The translations under genes were made by a program, and so were the position numbers. A stretch of DNA of 64,000 bases from Candidatus Daviesbacteria bacterium (GTDB lineage Bacteria > Patescibacteriota > Microgenomatia > Daviesbacterales > UBA10151): the NCBI GenBank assembly GCA_028712705.1, contig JAQTPP010000001.1:81521-145520 (forward strand), in the 5' to 3' direction. The notes under the pieces were generated by a model, which was given only the letters and a program-made list of their open reading frames with translations, was not told where the DNA came from and ran no database searches. Below, piece after piece: positions 1 to 7,732 of the stretch. The first letter of the stretch is position 1. Every line of letters starts with the position of its first letter.

Positions 1-961
1 CGATATCATGTAAAAGCGCAGCAAACCTGACTAATGGGTCTTTCGGGGCGGTATATTTTAGCGTGAGGAGAGAATGTTCGCCTATATCGTAAACTCTGTC
101 GTGTTTTGGTCCTTTTTGGACAATGCCAAAACATTCTTCCAGTTCCGGTAAGATAATTTGTAATATTCCCGCACTCTTAAGTTTGACTATGCCGGCATAA
201 GGATTACTGGATGAAAGAATTTTAAATAGCTCATCCCGGATTCGTTCAAAGGCAATTTTTTTAATCAGATGTGCATTTGTTTCGATTGCCTGAAGAGTTT
301 TTGGGTCAATTTCAAATTCCAGCTCTGTGGCAATTCTGATGGCTCTGATTAGACGAAGGGCATCTTCCTGGAAGCGTTTGTTAGGGTCACCAACAGCCCG
401 GATTAATTTATTCTTGAGATCTTGTTGTCCGTTAAAAGGGTCAACCAATATTAGATTGTCATTGCGAACGACTAGCGAAGCAATCTTCAACGGATTGTGA
501 AGATTCCCACGGTCGCTTCGCTCCCTCGGAATGACAAGGGTGGTGTCCAATGCCATTGCATTGATAGTAAAATCTCTTCTTGCCAGGTCTTCTTCAATTT
601 TTTTTGTCCATGAAACCTCTACCGGATGACGGTGGTCTTTATAAATTCCCTCTTTGCGCATAGTCGTAATCTCGAAAATTCCACCTCCGAGGTGTAATCG
701 CATTTCTTCACCTCGGAGGTGTTTTGTGTCTTTTGACGGAATTCCTACTGTACCGAATTTGTTGTCATAGAATCCATCAGGGAAGAGTTTTAAAATTTCT
801 TCGGGTTTTGCATCTGTAGCAAAGTCCCAATCAGAAATCAGCCGGCTGGCGGATTCCATCAAAAGATCTCTAACTACCCCTCCCACAATATAAATTTGGA
901 AATTAGATTGCTGCAATTTATTTAAGATATTTTTTACCTCAGTTGGTAGTGTATAATTCAT
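1..961 (-). CDS. cca: CCA tRNA nucleotidyltransferase / poly(A) polymerase family with HD domain (3' end runs off the window)
   Basis: Manual translation from ATG at 961: MNYTLPTEVKNIL...IVGGVVRDLL...DWDFAT...EDLARRDFTINAMA...RFQEDALRLIRAIR...ERIRDEL...ALLHDI. Absent from the ORF track because it is partial. Confidence 0.93.
   Translation of the reverse strand, partial: MNYTLPTEVKNILNKLQQSNFQIYIVGGVVRDLLMESASRLISDWDFATDAKPEEILKLFPDGFYDNKFGTVGIPSKDTKHLRGEEMRLHLGGGIFEITTMRKEGIYKDHRHPVEVSWTKKIEEDLARRDFTINAMALDTTLVIPRERSDRGNLHNPLKIASLVVRNDNLILVDPFNGQQDLKNKLIRAVGDPNKRFQEDALRLIRAIRIATELEFEIDPKTLQAIETNAHLIKKIAFERIRDELFKILSSSNPYAGIVKLKSAGILQIILPELEECFGIVQKGPKHDRVYDIGEHSLLTLKYTAPKDPLVRFAALLHDI
458..535. 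repeat. 78-bp TGTC/GTCA-tagged REP doublet, in-frame inside cca
   Basis: GTCATTGCGA...GAAGCAATCT and AGATTCC...TCGGAATGAC inverted arms; encodes VIPRERSDRGNLHNPLKIASLVVRND. Relatives at 2521, 15847, 25880 and 38006. Confidence 0.85.
682..721. repeat. Pair of 13-bp palindromes inside cca
   Basis: CACCTCCGAGGTG (682-694) and CACCTCGGAGGTG (709-721); encodes HLRGEEMRLHLGG. Confidence 0.85.
836..855. repeat. Degenerate TCCGCCAGCTGGCGGA-type palindrome inside cca
   Basis: AATCAGCCGGCTGGCGGATT (encodes SASRLI); related to 32705-32720 in nrdJ. Confidence 0.55.
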
Positions 962-976
962 GATGTTATTGTACTA

Positions 977-989
977 CACCTCCGAGGTG
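977..989. repeat. Intergenic 13-bp palindrome
   Basis: CACCTCCGAGGTG, identical to 682-694, between the divergent cca and recJ genes. Confidence 0.85.
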
Positions 990-996
990 AAACAGC

Positions 997-2718
997 ATGA
1001 AGTGGAAAATAGCCCCCAGGAAATCTGATAATTTAGTCGAGCAACTTTTAATCAACCGTGGTATTAAAACCGAAAAAGAAAAAGAGCAATTTTTCCATCC
1101 TAAAATTTCCGACTTTGCTAGTGATTTACAAATTCCCGGTATCAAAAGGGCCAATAAAAGAATTTTACAAGCAATCGAAAGAGGTGAGTTAATAATAGTT
1201 TATGGTGATTATGATGCGGATGGAATATGCGCCGCGGCTGTTTTATACAAAGGCTTAACTTCAATCGGAGCAAAAGTGCTGCCTTACATTCCACACAGAG
1301 AAAAAGAAGGGTATGGGATATCAAATATAGGACTTCAGTCTGTAAAGAATTCCGGTGCTGCAGTAGTGGTGACGGTTGATAATGGAATTGCGGCAGCGGA
1401 TCAGGCAATATTCGCCAAGAGCTTAGGTTTAGATTTAATAATTACGGACCACCATATGCCCGCCGAGCGGAAAAATAAACTTTTATGGCCGGATGCATAT
1501 GCAATAATTCATTCAACTAAGATGTGTGGAGCGGCAGTTGCCTGGTGTTTAATTAGGGACTTGATTAAAAAAGAATTGAGCAATGAGCTTTTGCAGTTTG
1601 TGGCAATTGCCACAATTTGTGATCTTTTGCCGCTTTTAGGTTTAGGCAGGGCGTTTGTGTCAGAAGGACTGAAGGTTTTGAATAAGGACCTGCTTCGCTC
1701 GCGCTCTGAAGATAGTATAGCGCTCGCTCGCAGAACCTTGCCTTCGCCTAGCGGCGAACGTAAAACAACAAACCTAGGATTACAGATTCTTATTGAGGAA
1801 AGTGGAATTAAAGGACCTATTGGATCATATGAAATAGGTTATATAATCGGTCCACGGTTAAATGCTATGGGCAGGTTAGAACATGCCATTGATTCGCTGC
1901 GGTTACTTTGTACAAAAGATCCGGTTAAAGCAAAAAGATTGGCAAAACTTTTAGCTGATACAAATGTCACTCGTCAAAAAATGACCATGGAAGCGCTGGA
2001 GCAGGCAAAATTATTGATTGATAAACAAAAAAAGATTCATGTTATCTTTAGCAAAGATTGGTCTGCCGGAATTATTGGTTTAGTAGCCGGCAGGATTTGC
2101 GAGGAATACTCGCGTCCGGTAATTGCCATATCTGTTGGTGAGGAGATTTCTAAAGGTTCTGCCCGGTCTATTGACGGGATAAATATTATTGAGCTGATCA
2201 GGAAACATTCCGACATTTTAATTGATGCGGGAGGACATCCGGGCGCAGCCGGTTTTTCTCTTTTAAGCAAACATATTGAAGTTTTTAAAAAAAGGCTAGA
2301 GGAGATTATACTAGTACTTCCGGAGGAGAAAAAAGTTTTGGAAATTGATGCTGAAGTTATTGGTAAACAGTTAAATAAAACTTTAATTCATGAGTTACAA
2401 AGATTCGAGCCTTTTGGACTGGGCAACAGAAGGCCTGTTCTTGTAACCAAAAATGTGCAGATTTCTGATATTAGGACAGTAGGGGACGGGAAACATTTAA
2501 AATTTAAGGTCTCTCCCTCTGTCATCCTGAGCGGAGCGCAGCGAAGCGAAGGATCTAATGCGATTGATGCTATTGCCTTTGGAATGGGAGATTGGGTAAA
2601 TCTCTTAAAATCCGGCCAGGTACTAAACTTGGTATATAATTTAGAGTTGGATACTTATAATGGTAATGATAAAGTGCAATTAAAAGTTAAAGATATAGGT
2701 GTTAATCCTTCGGCGTAA
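997..2718 (+). CDS. recJ: ssDNA-specific exonuclease RecJ
   Basis: YGDYDADG, TVDNG, ITDHH, GPRLNAMGRL, KGSARS, GGHPGAAG and EPFGLGN motifs. Confidence 0.96.
   Translation: MKWKIAPRKSDNLVEQLLINRGIKTEKEKEQFFHPKISDFASDLQIPGIKRANKRILQAIERGELIIVYGDYDADGICAAAVLYKGLTSIGAKVLPYIPHREKEGYGISNIGLQSVKNSGAAVVVTVDNGIAAADQAIFAKSLGLDLIITDHHMPAERKNKLLWPDAYAIIHSTKMCGAAVAWCLIRDLIKKELSNELLQFVAIATICDLLPLLGLGRAFVSEGLKVLNKDLLRSRSEDSIALARRTLPSPSGERKTTNLGLQILIEESGIKGPIGSYEIGYIIGPRLNAMGRLEHAIDSLRLLCTKDPVKAKRLAKLLADTNVTRQKMTMEALEQAKLLIDKQKKIHVIFSKDWSAGIIGLVAGRICEEYSRPVIAISVGEEISKGSARSIDGINIIELIRKHSDILIDAGGHPGAAGFSLLSKHIEVFKKRLEEIILVLPEEKKVLEIDAEVIGKQLNKTLIHELQRFEPFGLGNRRPVLVTKNVQISDIRTVGDGKHLKFKVSPSVILSGAQRSEGSNAIDAIAFGMGDWVNLLKSGQVLNLVYNLELDTYNGNDKVQLKVKDIGVNPSA
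1687..1761. repeat. GC-rich palindromic in-frame insertion in recJ
   Basis: Hairpins GCGCT..AGCGC and TTCGCC-TAGC-GGCGAA; adds DLLRSRSEDSIALARRTLPSPSGER between GLKVLNK and KTTNLGL. Confidence 0.65.
2521..2556. repeat. Single GTCA-tagged REP, in-frame inside recJ
   Basis: GTCATCCTGAGCGGAGCGCAGCGAAGCGAAGGATCT, 36 bp, encoding VILSGAQRSEGS. Confidence 0.85.
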
Positions 2719-2943
2719 TTATGTTGTTATAACCCACGCTCTGCCTATCCAGAATTCTGGGTCTTTAGTTCTATCAAAACCTATTATCCTAAAAATTTTA
2801 TCTGCAGGATCTCTAAATCGTCCATTACCAATATAAATTCCTTCTGGTGAAACTGGTACGCTAACAGTTTTAAACTTTTCGCCTGGTTTAAGAGTTATGG
2901 CTGTTGGATTATTAAATAATTCTACTGCTTCAATATTGGGCAT
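2719..2943 (-). CDS. Hypothetical 74-aa protein downstream of an attenuator
   Basis: ORF with its own promoter, leader and terminator upstream; no recognisable motif. Confidence 0.6.
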   Translation of the reverse strand: MPNIEAVELFNNPTAITLKPGEKFKTVSVPVSPEGIYIGNGRFRDPADKIFRIIGFDRTKDPEFWIGRAWVITT

Positions 2944-2953
2944 ATTTTTTCCA

Positions 2954-2980
2954 TAAAGAAACCTCCCGTTCGGGAGGTTT
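2954..2980 (-). terminator. Intrinsic terminator of the leader (attenuator 3:4 hairpin)
   Basis: AAACCTCCCG-AA-CGGGAGGTTT followed by CTTT on the minus strand. Confidence 0.8.
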
Positions 2981-3008
2981 AATTTCTTTTTTAGATTTTA
3001 ATTAAAAC

Positions 3009-3107
3009 CTAAAAAGACCTCCCAAAGAGCGCTCCGGCAAGGAGCACCAAAAGGAGGCCTAATAAGACTTCAATTCTTTTTAAATTTAAACTCAAACTTT
3101 TCGACAT
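3009..3107 (-). CDS. Leu-rich leader peptide (32 aa)
   Basis: MSKSLSLNLKRIEVLLGLLLVLLAGALFGRSF*, 11 Leu; overlaps alternative hairpin segments upstream of the terminator. Confidence 0.6.
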   Translation of the reverse strand: MSKSLSLNLKRIEVLLGLLLVLLAGALFGRSF

Positions 3108-3117
3108 GATGATTATT

Positions 3118-3146
3118 ATGCTAATAGCAGTCTCGTGATTTGTCAA
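3118..3146 (-). promoter_or_regulatory. Sigma70-type promoter of the Leu-rich leader
   Basis: TTGACA-17 nt-TAGCAT on the minus strand. Confidence 0.6.
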
Positions 3147-3165
3147 TAAGTGAGTAAACTACTTT

Positions 3166-4098
3166 TCATTGACCATTGATTGTGCCCGGATCTCTAGCAC
3201 CTGCTGGCAACTCGGCTTTTCTGTATGAACCCAGTATTCTAAGTGAGGAACAGTAAGTAGTTTCTAGATCATTTATACCTTGTTTGACCGTATCATTTTC
3301 AATATGCCCATCTATTGTAACCCAGAAAGCGTATTGTCTCATGATTCCGGTAGGTCGTGAATCTATTTTCGTTAAATTTATGTCGTAAGAAGCTAAAACC
3401 GTAAGGCATCTTGCTAACATTCCCGGACGATTGCTTTCGGGAACGACGAAGACGAGAGCAGTACTATCTTGACCGGTAGGTTTAGTCTCGCCTCTTCCCA
3501 GCATTAAGAAACGAGTAGAATTGCCTTTCACGTCGCCTATATCTTCTGCAAGGATAGGTACATTGTATATTTGCGCAGCTCTTCTGCCAGCTATTGCTGC
3601 AATTTGTTTATTGTTTCTTGCAAGTTCAACTGCTGCCGTAGTGCTGGAGGACGGCTCTTGTTTTGCTTGGGGATAATTATTTAAAAGATAAGTCCTGCAT
3701 TGAGCTAAAGCTTGAGGATGGGAATGAATTTCGCTTATTTCAAATCCTGGCCATCCTATTAGCATATGCTGAATACCTAATATTGTTTCCCCAAGTATAG
3801 TGATACGTCTTGTATGGTTTAGTTCTCTTAAAACCTCTACGACATCTCCTTCGATTGCATTCTCCACCGGAACGACCCCAATGTCATAACCGCCTGCTTC
3901 TACAGCTTGTACTACTGTTGCATTGTAAGGCAAAAAATCTGCATCCATTCCAGCTAAATATCTGCTCAATAATTCATATCTGGCTGCTTCCGTGTATGTT
4001 CCTTCAGGGCCTAAACAAGCTACTCTAGGTTTGGTTCTGCCTTGAGTAAGCTCGATCTTTACCGGATAATTATTTATTAATAATTCGATCTTATTCAT
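3166..4098 (-). CDS. pheA: Prephenate dehydratase with ACT domain
   Basis: LGPEGTYT, VPVENAIEG, SHPQALAQC, NSTRF, NLTKIDSRP and LGSY motifs. Confidence 0.95.
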   Translation of the reverse strand: MNKIELLINNYPVKIELTQGRTKPRVACLGPEGTYTEAARYELLSRYLAGMDADFLPYNATVVQAVEAGGYDIGVVPVENAIEGDVVEVLRELNHTRRITILGETILGIQHMLIGWPGFEISEIHSHPQALAQCRTYLLNNYPQAKQEPSSSTTAAVELARNNKQIAAIAGRRAAQIYNVPILAEDIGDVKGNSTRFLMLGRGETKPTGQDSTALVFVVPESNRPGMLARCLTVLASYDINLTKIDSRPTGIMRQYAFWVTIDGHIENDTVKQGINDLETTYCSSLRILGSYRKAELPAGARDPGTINGQ

Positions 4099-4112
4099 AT
4101 ATTTTTTCCACT

Positions 4113-4144
4113 AAAAAACCTCCGCTTTTTAAACTGCGAAGGTT
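4113..4144 (-). terminator. pheA attenuator terminator
   Basis: AACCTTCGC-AGTTTAAAAA-GCGGAGGTT followed by a T run. Confidence 0.85.
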
Positions 4145-4186
4145 AGTAACTAAAGTTGATTTTTCTTAAGCAAAACCAACCTCCGC

Positions 4187-4237
4187 TTAAGCGAAGGTAA
4201 AGAAGAACAAATTAATTCTTCCTACTGGTTTTTGCAT
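4187..4237 (-). CDS. pheL: Phe-rich leader peptide (pheL-like)
   Basis: MQKPVGRINLFFFTFA*; the Phe codons overlap hairpin segment 1 upstream of pheA. Confidence 0.85.
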   Translation of the reverse strand: MQKPVGRINLFFFTFA

Positions 4238-4243
4238 GAGCTT

Positions 4244-4272
4244 AATTTAACAAATATTTTTGATCTTGTCAA
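4244..4272 (-). promoter_or_regulatory. Promoter of pheL-pheA (leaderless)
   Basis: TTGACA-17 nt-TAAATT with extended TG, then 6 nt, then ATG. Confidence 0.7.
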
Positions 4273-4301
4273 CATGTACTTCCTGCTGTTATGATGCATT
4301 C

Positions 4302-5687
4302 ATGCAGAGTCGCACTTTAATTTTAGACTGTATTAGTAAAATAGAAGATGAAGTTAAAATTTGTGGTTGGGTGCAGGTAGTAAGAGATCACGGGAAGATT
4401 CTATTTTTAGATGTTTTGGATAGATCTGGAATCATTCAGGTTGTAGTATCTCCAGACAGTGTCCACCTCGAAGGAGTCAAAGCCCACCTTCGAGGTGAAG
4501 AGTTGCAGGTGCAACGCTACCTGGAAGGTGGATTGCATGCAATACATCCGCAAGATGTAGTTTGTATAACGGGAAAAGTAAATAAACGTCCGGAAAACCT
4601 TATAAACAAAAATATCCCAACAGGCGAGATTGAAATCTCAGCAAAAGAAATTGAAGTTTTATCTAAAGCGCGGGAGTTGCCTTTTGACATGGGCGGTAAA
4701 GATTTGGATTTGCAGCTTCCGACTTTGCTTGATTTTCGCTCCCTTACTTTACGCCACCCAAAAGTCAAAGCCATTTTTAAAGTTCAAGAAAGTTTATTAG
4801 AGGGATTTAGAAAAGCTGCCAAAGATTTGGGATGTACTGAAATTGTAGTGCCGACGATTGTGGCCGGAGCAACAGAAGGCGGTGCGGAAGTTTTTAGAAT
4901 AGACTATTTTGAACACAAAGCCTACCTTTCTCAAAGCCCCCAACTTTACAAACAAATGCTGGTTCCGGTATACGAGCGAGTTTTTGCCATAGCCAAGGCT
5001 TACCGGGCTGAGCCATCAGTGACGACCAGGCATTTGACTGAAAGCACTCAAATGGATGTTGAGATTGGTTTTGTGGAATTTGAAGAGTTACTGGATATTT
5101 TGGAGAGTGTAGCGATTAAGATGTTAAAAATTGCTGAAGAAGAATGTAAAGAGATTTTATCCGAATTTGGAGTGGAGAAAATTGCTTTCGGCAAAATTCC
5201 CAGGCTTACTTTAAGGGAAGCGCAAGATGTAATCTTAAAAGAATTTGGGCGCGATAACAGGAAGGAAAAGGATTTAACTCCGCAAGACGAAGTTGACTTA
5301 TGCAAATGGGCAAAGAAAAGTCACGGTAGTGATTTTGTGACGGTGACACATTTTCCTACTGCTGCCAAACCATTTTACACAATGCCGGATCCGAAAGATC
5401 CGGAATATTCTTTAAGTTATGATCTACTATTTAGGGGGGTAGAAATTATGAGCGGCAGTCAGAGGATTAATGATTATCAACAGTTGGTTGATTCAATCAA
5501 ATCAAGAGGTATGGATCCAAAATCTTTTGAGATGTATTTGCAGGCTTTTAAATTTGGTATGCCTCCGGAAGGTGGATTCTCCTTTGGGTTGGAAAGAATT
5601 ACCATGCATGTTTTGAATTTAGCTAATGTTAGAGAAGCCAGTCTTTTCCCAAGAGATATGGAAAGAGTAGACACCAGGTTGAGATGA
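4302..5687 (+). CDS. aspS: Aspartyl-tRNA synthetase, archaeal-type (probably non-discriminating)
   Basis: GWVQVVRDHG, YLSQSPQLYKQ, YRAE, GMPPEGGFSFGLER and SLFPRD motifs. Start moved to ATG 4302, 6 nt after TATGAT. Confidence 0.92.
   Translation: MQSRTLILDCISKIEDEVKICGWVQVVRDHGKILFLDVLDRSGIIQVVVSPDSVHLEGVKAHLRGEELQVQRYLEGGLHAIHPQDVVCITGKVNKRPENLINKNIPTGEIEISAKEIEVLSKARELPFDMGGKDLDLQLPTLLDFRSLTLRHPKVKAIFKVQESLLEGFRKAAKDLGCTEIVVPTIVAGATEGGAEVFRIDYFEHKAYLSQSPQLYKQMLVPVYERVFAIAKAYRAEPSVTTRHLTESTQMDVEIGFVEFEELLDILESVAIKMLKIAEEECKEILSEFGVEKIAFGKIPRLTLREAQDVILKEFGRDNRKEKDLTPQDEVDLCKWAKKSHGSDFVTVTHFPTAAKPFYTMPDPKDPEYSLSYDLLFRGVEIMSGSQRINDYQQLVDSIKSRGMDPKSFEMYLQAFKFGMPPEGGFSFGLERITMHVLNLANVREASLFPRDMERVDTRLR
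4464..4530. repeat. 34-bp hairpin plus degenerate 13-mer, in-frame inside aspS
   Basis: CACCTCGAAGG-AGTCAAAGCCCA-CCTTCGAGGTG (4464-4497) is identical to intergenic 30305-30338; TACCTGGAAGGTG at 4518-4530. Confidence 0.9.
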
Positions 5688-6616
5688 AATACTATTTATA
5701 TTCCGCCGGTTTGATTATTCTGGCAATAATTATCACAACAGCAATCCCATTCGTGGTAGAGCTTAGTGAAAATGAATTAATCAGTTTGGCTATCCCTTTG
5801 AATAATTCAAGCGTTGCCGGTATTCAGAAATATAATATTCCACCGGTTGTTGGCAGTTTACCGGTTCCAATCGTTTCTGCCCGCGCAGTTTTTATTGAGG
5901 ATTTGGCGACCGATACAATTCTTTACCAGAAAGATGCTAATACTCCGTTTCCAATTGCATCTACTACGAAGATTATGACAGCTCTTGTCGGAGTAGAATA
6001 TTTTAAACAAAATTCCATACTAACCATTGGAAGCAGCGCAAATATCCCCGGTTCCCGGGTAGGTTTAGTTTCCGGAGAAAATCTTAGCTTTAGATCGCTG
6101 CTTTACGGTATGCTGTTAAATTCCGGTAATGATGCTGCTTTTGCTTTGGCAGAAAATTATCCGGGTGGAGTTTTGAGTTTTATATCGGCAATGAATAAAA
6201 AAGTTTTAGAGCTAAATTTGCGCAATACTCATTTCGACAACCCTGCAGGCTTTGATAGCCCAAATCATTACTCTTCCGCAGCAGATCTTGCTAAAATTAC
6301 AAAAGAAGCCTTAAAAAATTCCCAACTGGCAAGAATTTTTGCGACTAAAGAAACGAATATAGTTTCTTTAGATAAAAAATATTCCCATCAGTTATTTAAT
6401 CTTAATAAATTACTAACCCAGATTAATGGGGTTTTAGGAATAAAAACCGGTACTACTGATCAAGCTAAAGAGAACTTAGTGACGTTGATTGAAAGGGACT
6501 GGCATCGGGTTTTGATAATAATTCTCGGAAGCAATGACCGGTTTGGCGAAACTACGAGATTAATAGACTGGACTTATACGAATATTATTTGGCCGGAGAC
6601 TGAAACTCTTCGCTGA
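5684..6616 (+). CDS. D-alanyl-D-alanine carboxypeptidase (peptidase S11)
   Basis: ASTTK (SxxK), SGN and KTG motifs; N-terminal TM segment. Confidence 0.93.
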   Translation: MKYYLYSAGLIILAIIITTAIPFVVELSENELISLAIPLNNSSVAGIQKYNIPPVVGSLPVPIVSARAVFIEDLATDTILYQKDANTPFPIASTTKIMTALVGVEYFKQNSILTIGSSANIPGSRVGLVSGENLSFRSLLYGMLLNSGNDAAFALAENYPGGVLSFISAMNKKVLELNLRNTHFDNPAGFDSPNHYSSAADLAKITKEALKNSQLARIFATKETNIVSLDKKYSHQLFNLNKLLTQINGVLGIKTGTTDQAKENLVTLIERDWHRVLIIILGSNDRFGETTRLIDWTYTNIIWPETETLR

Positions 6617-7658
6617 TTGCACTGACAAAAGCAACAAAATTTGGACCTTCAAAAATAAATATTGGCTGTAAATATGGGTTATACTCATCCGACAGGAAGT
6701 AACCAAGATATATAGAGGTTATAGAAACTTGCGGACTTTTCGGTTCAGAGATTACTATGCCTTTCCCGCTTTTTAGATCTTCAAATGCAACTTCAGCTCC
6801 CTTAATCGGGTATGTTGCAAAGGTTGAGGTATCAATGGGGTAGTAGATGAAATCTAAAGATAAATAATAATCTAGCTTGCCGGCGCTGCCTGAAACAACT
6901 GCATTTACTAAAGATTTATCAAAATCGGCCGTAAAAATTGATTTTTTATCGACAGGAGAGGGCCAAAGTGAAATTTGGGCAGCAACAGCTTCCGATCTAA
7001 GTTGGGTAGGGATTAGCGTCTCTCCGGCATTTTTTAAAAAGGTTACTTTGGTTCTGCCGGTTTTGAGGTCGTCTTTCATCACCCCCAAAGTTGTGAGAGT
7101 TTGCTCAAAATCAGATACCAGTTTATTATCGTTATCTAAATTTGCCTTTCCTGATATTGTTGCTTCATTTCTGTATGAAAAATTGCCTGAATCTAGGTTA
7201 ACAGTTAATGTTTTATTGCGAAGCAAGGAGGTTGCTTCATTTTGATCCGTATATTTGTATTTTGTATCGCTTAAAATTTCCGGCGGCGCTACCAGGCCGA
7301 AATTTGCAGCTAAAGCCGAAGATCTGTCTGCAGAAAGGAATGTGGCAAAAGTTTGGGTGACGAAATAGACTTTAGTTATTTTTTCAAAACCGGGATCAAC
7401 TCCTATTTTAGGTAAACCTCCTGTTGTTGTATCCAGCGAATAGGAGAAATTTGATGTAGACACTTTACTTTTTGGAAAATTAATTGGTGAGAGCAGGCCA
7501 AATCTGGTATCTGGTTTTTCTTCAACAGGCGGCAGATGAGCCAAATAATATGCATGCCAGGTTCGATAACATATAAAACTGATTGTACCCAACACCAGCG
7601 CAATTATTGATATAGTTACAACTTGTCTTACGATGGCAGCAGTTTGAGTTAAAGTCAT
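6585..7658 (-). CDS. Hypothetical membrane-anchored protein
   Basis: Long ORF with N-terminal TM helix; ATG at 7658. Confidence 0.75.
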   Translation of the reverse strand: MTLTQTAAIVRQVVTISIIALVLGTISFICYRTWHAYYLAHLPPVEEKPDTRFGLLSPINFPKSKVSTSNFSYSLDTTTGGLPKIGVDPGFEKITKVYFVTQTFATFLSADRSSALAANFGLVAPPEILSDTKYKYTDQNEATSLLRNKTLTVNLDSGNFSYRNEATISGKANLDNDNKLVSDFEQTLTTLGVMKDDLKTGRTKVTFLKNAGETLIPTQLRSEAVAAQISLWPSPVDKKSIFTADFDKSLVNAVVSGSAGKLDYYLSLDFIYYPIDTSTFATYPIKGAEVAFEDLKSGKGIVISEPKSPQVSITSIYLGYFLSDEYNPYLQPIFIFEGPNFVAFVSAISEEFQSPAK

Positions 7659-7732
7659 AAGCAAAAGTTCAATACGATCGCATACTGTTATTATACAAGA
7701 ATGGAAGATATAATAATCTGTGAACTCAAATT

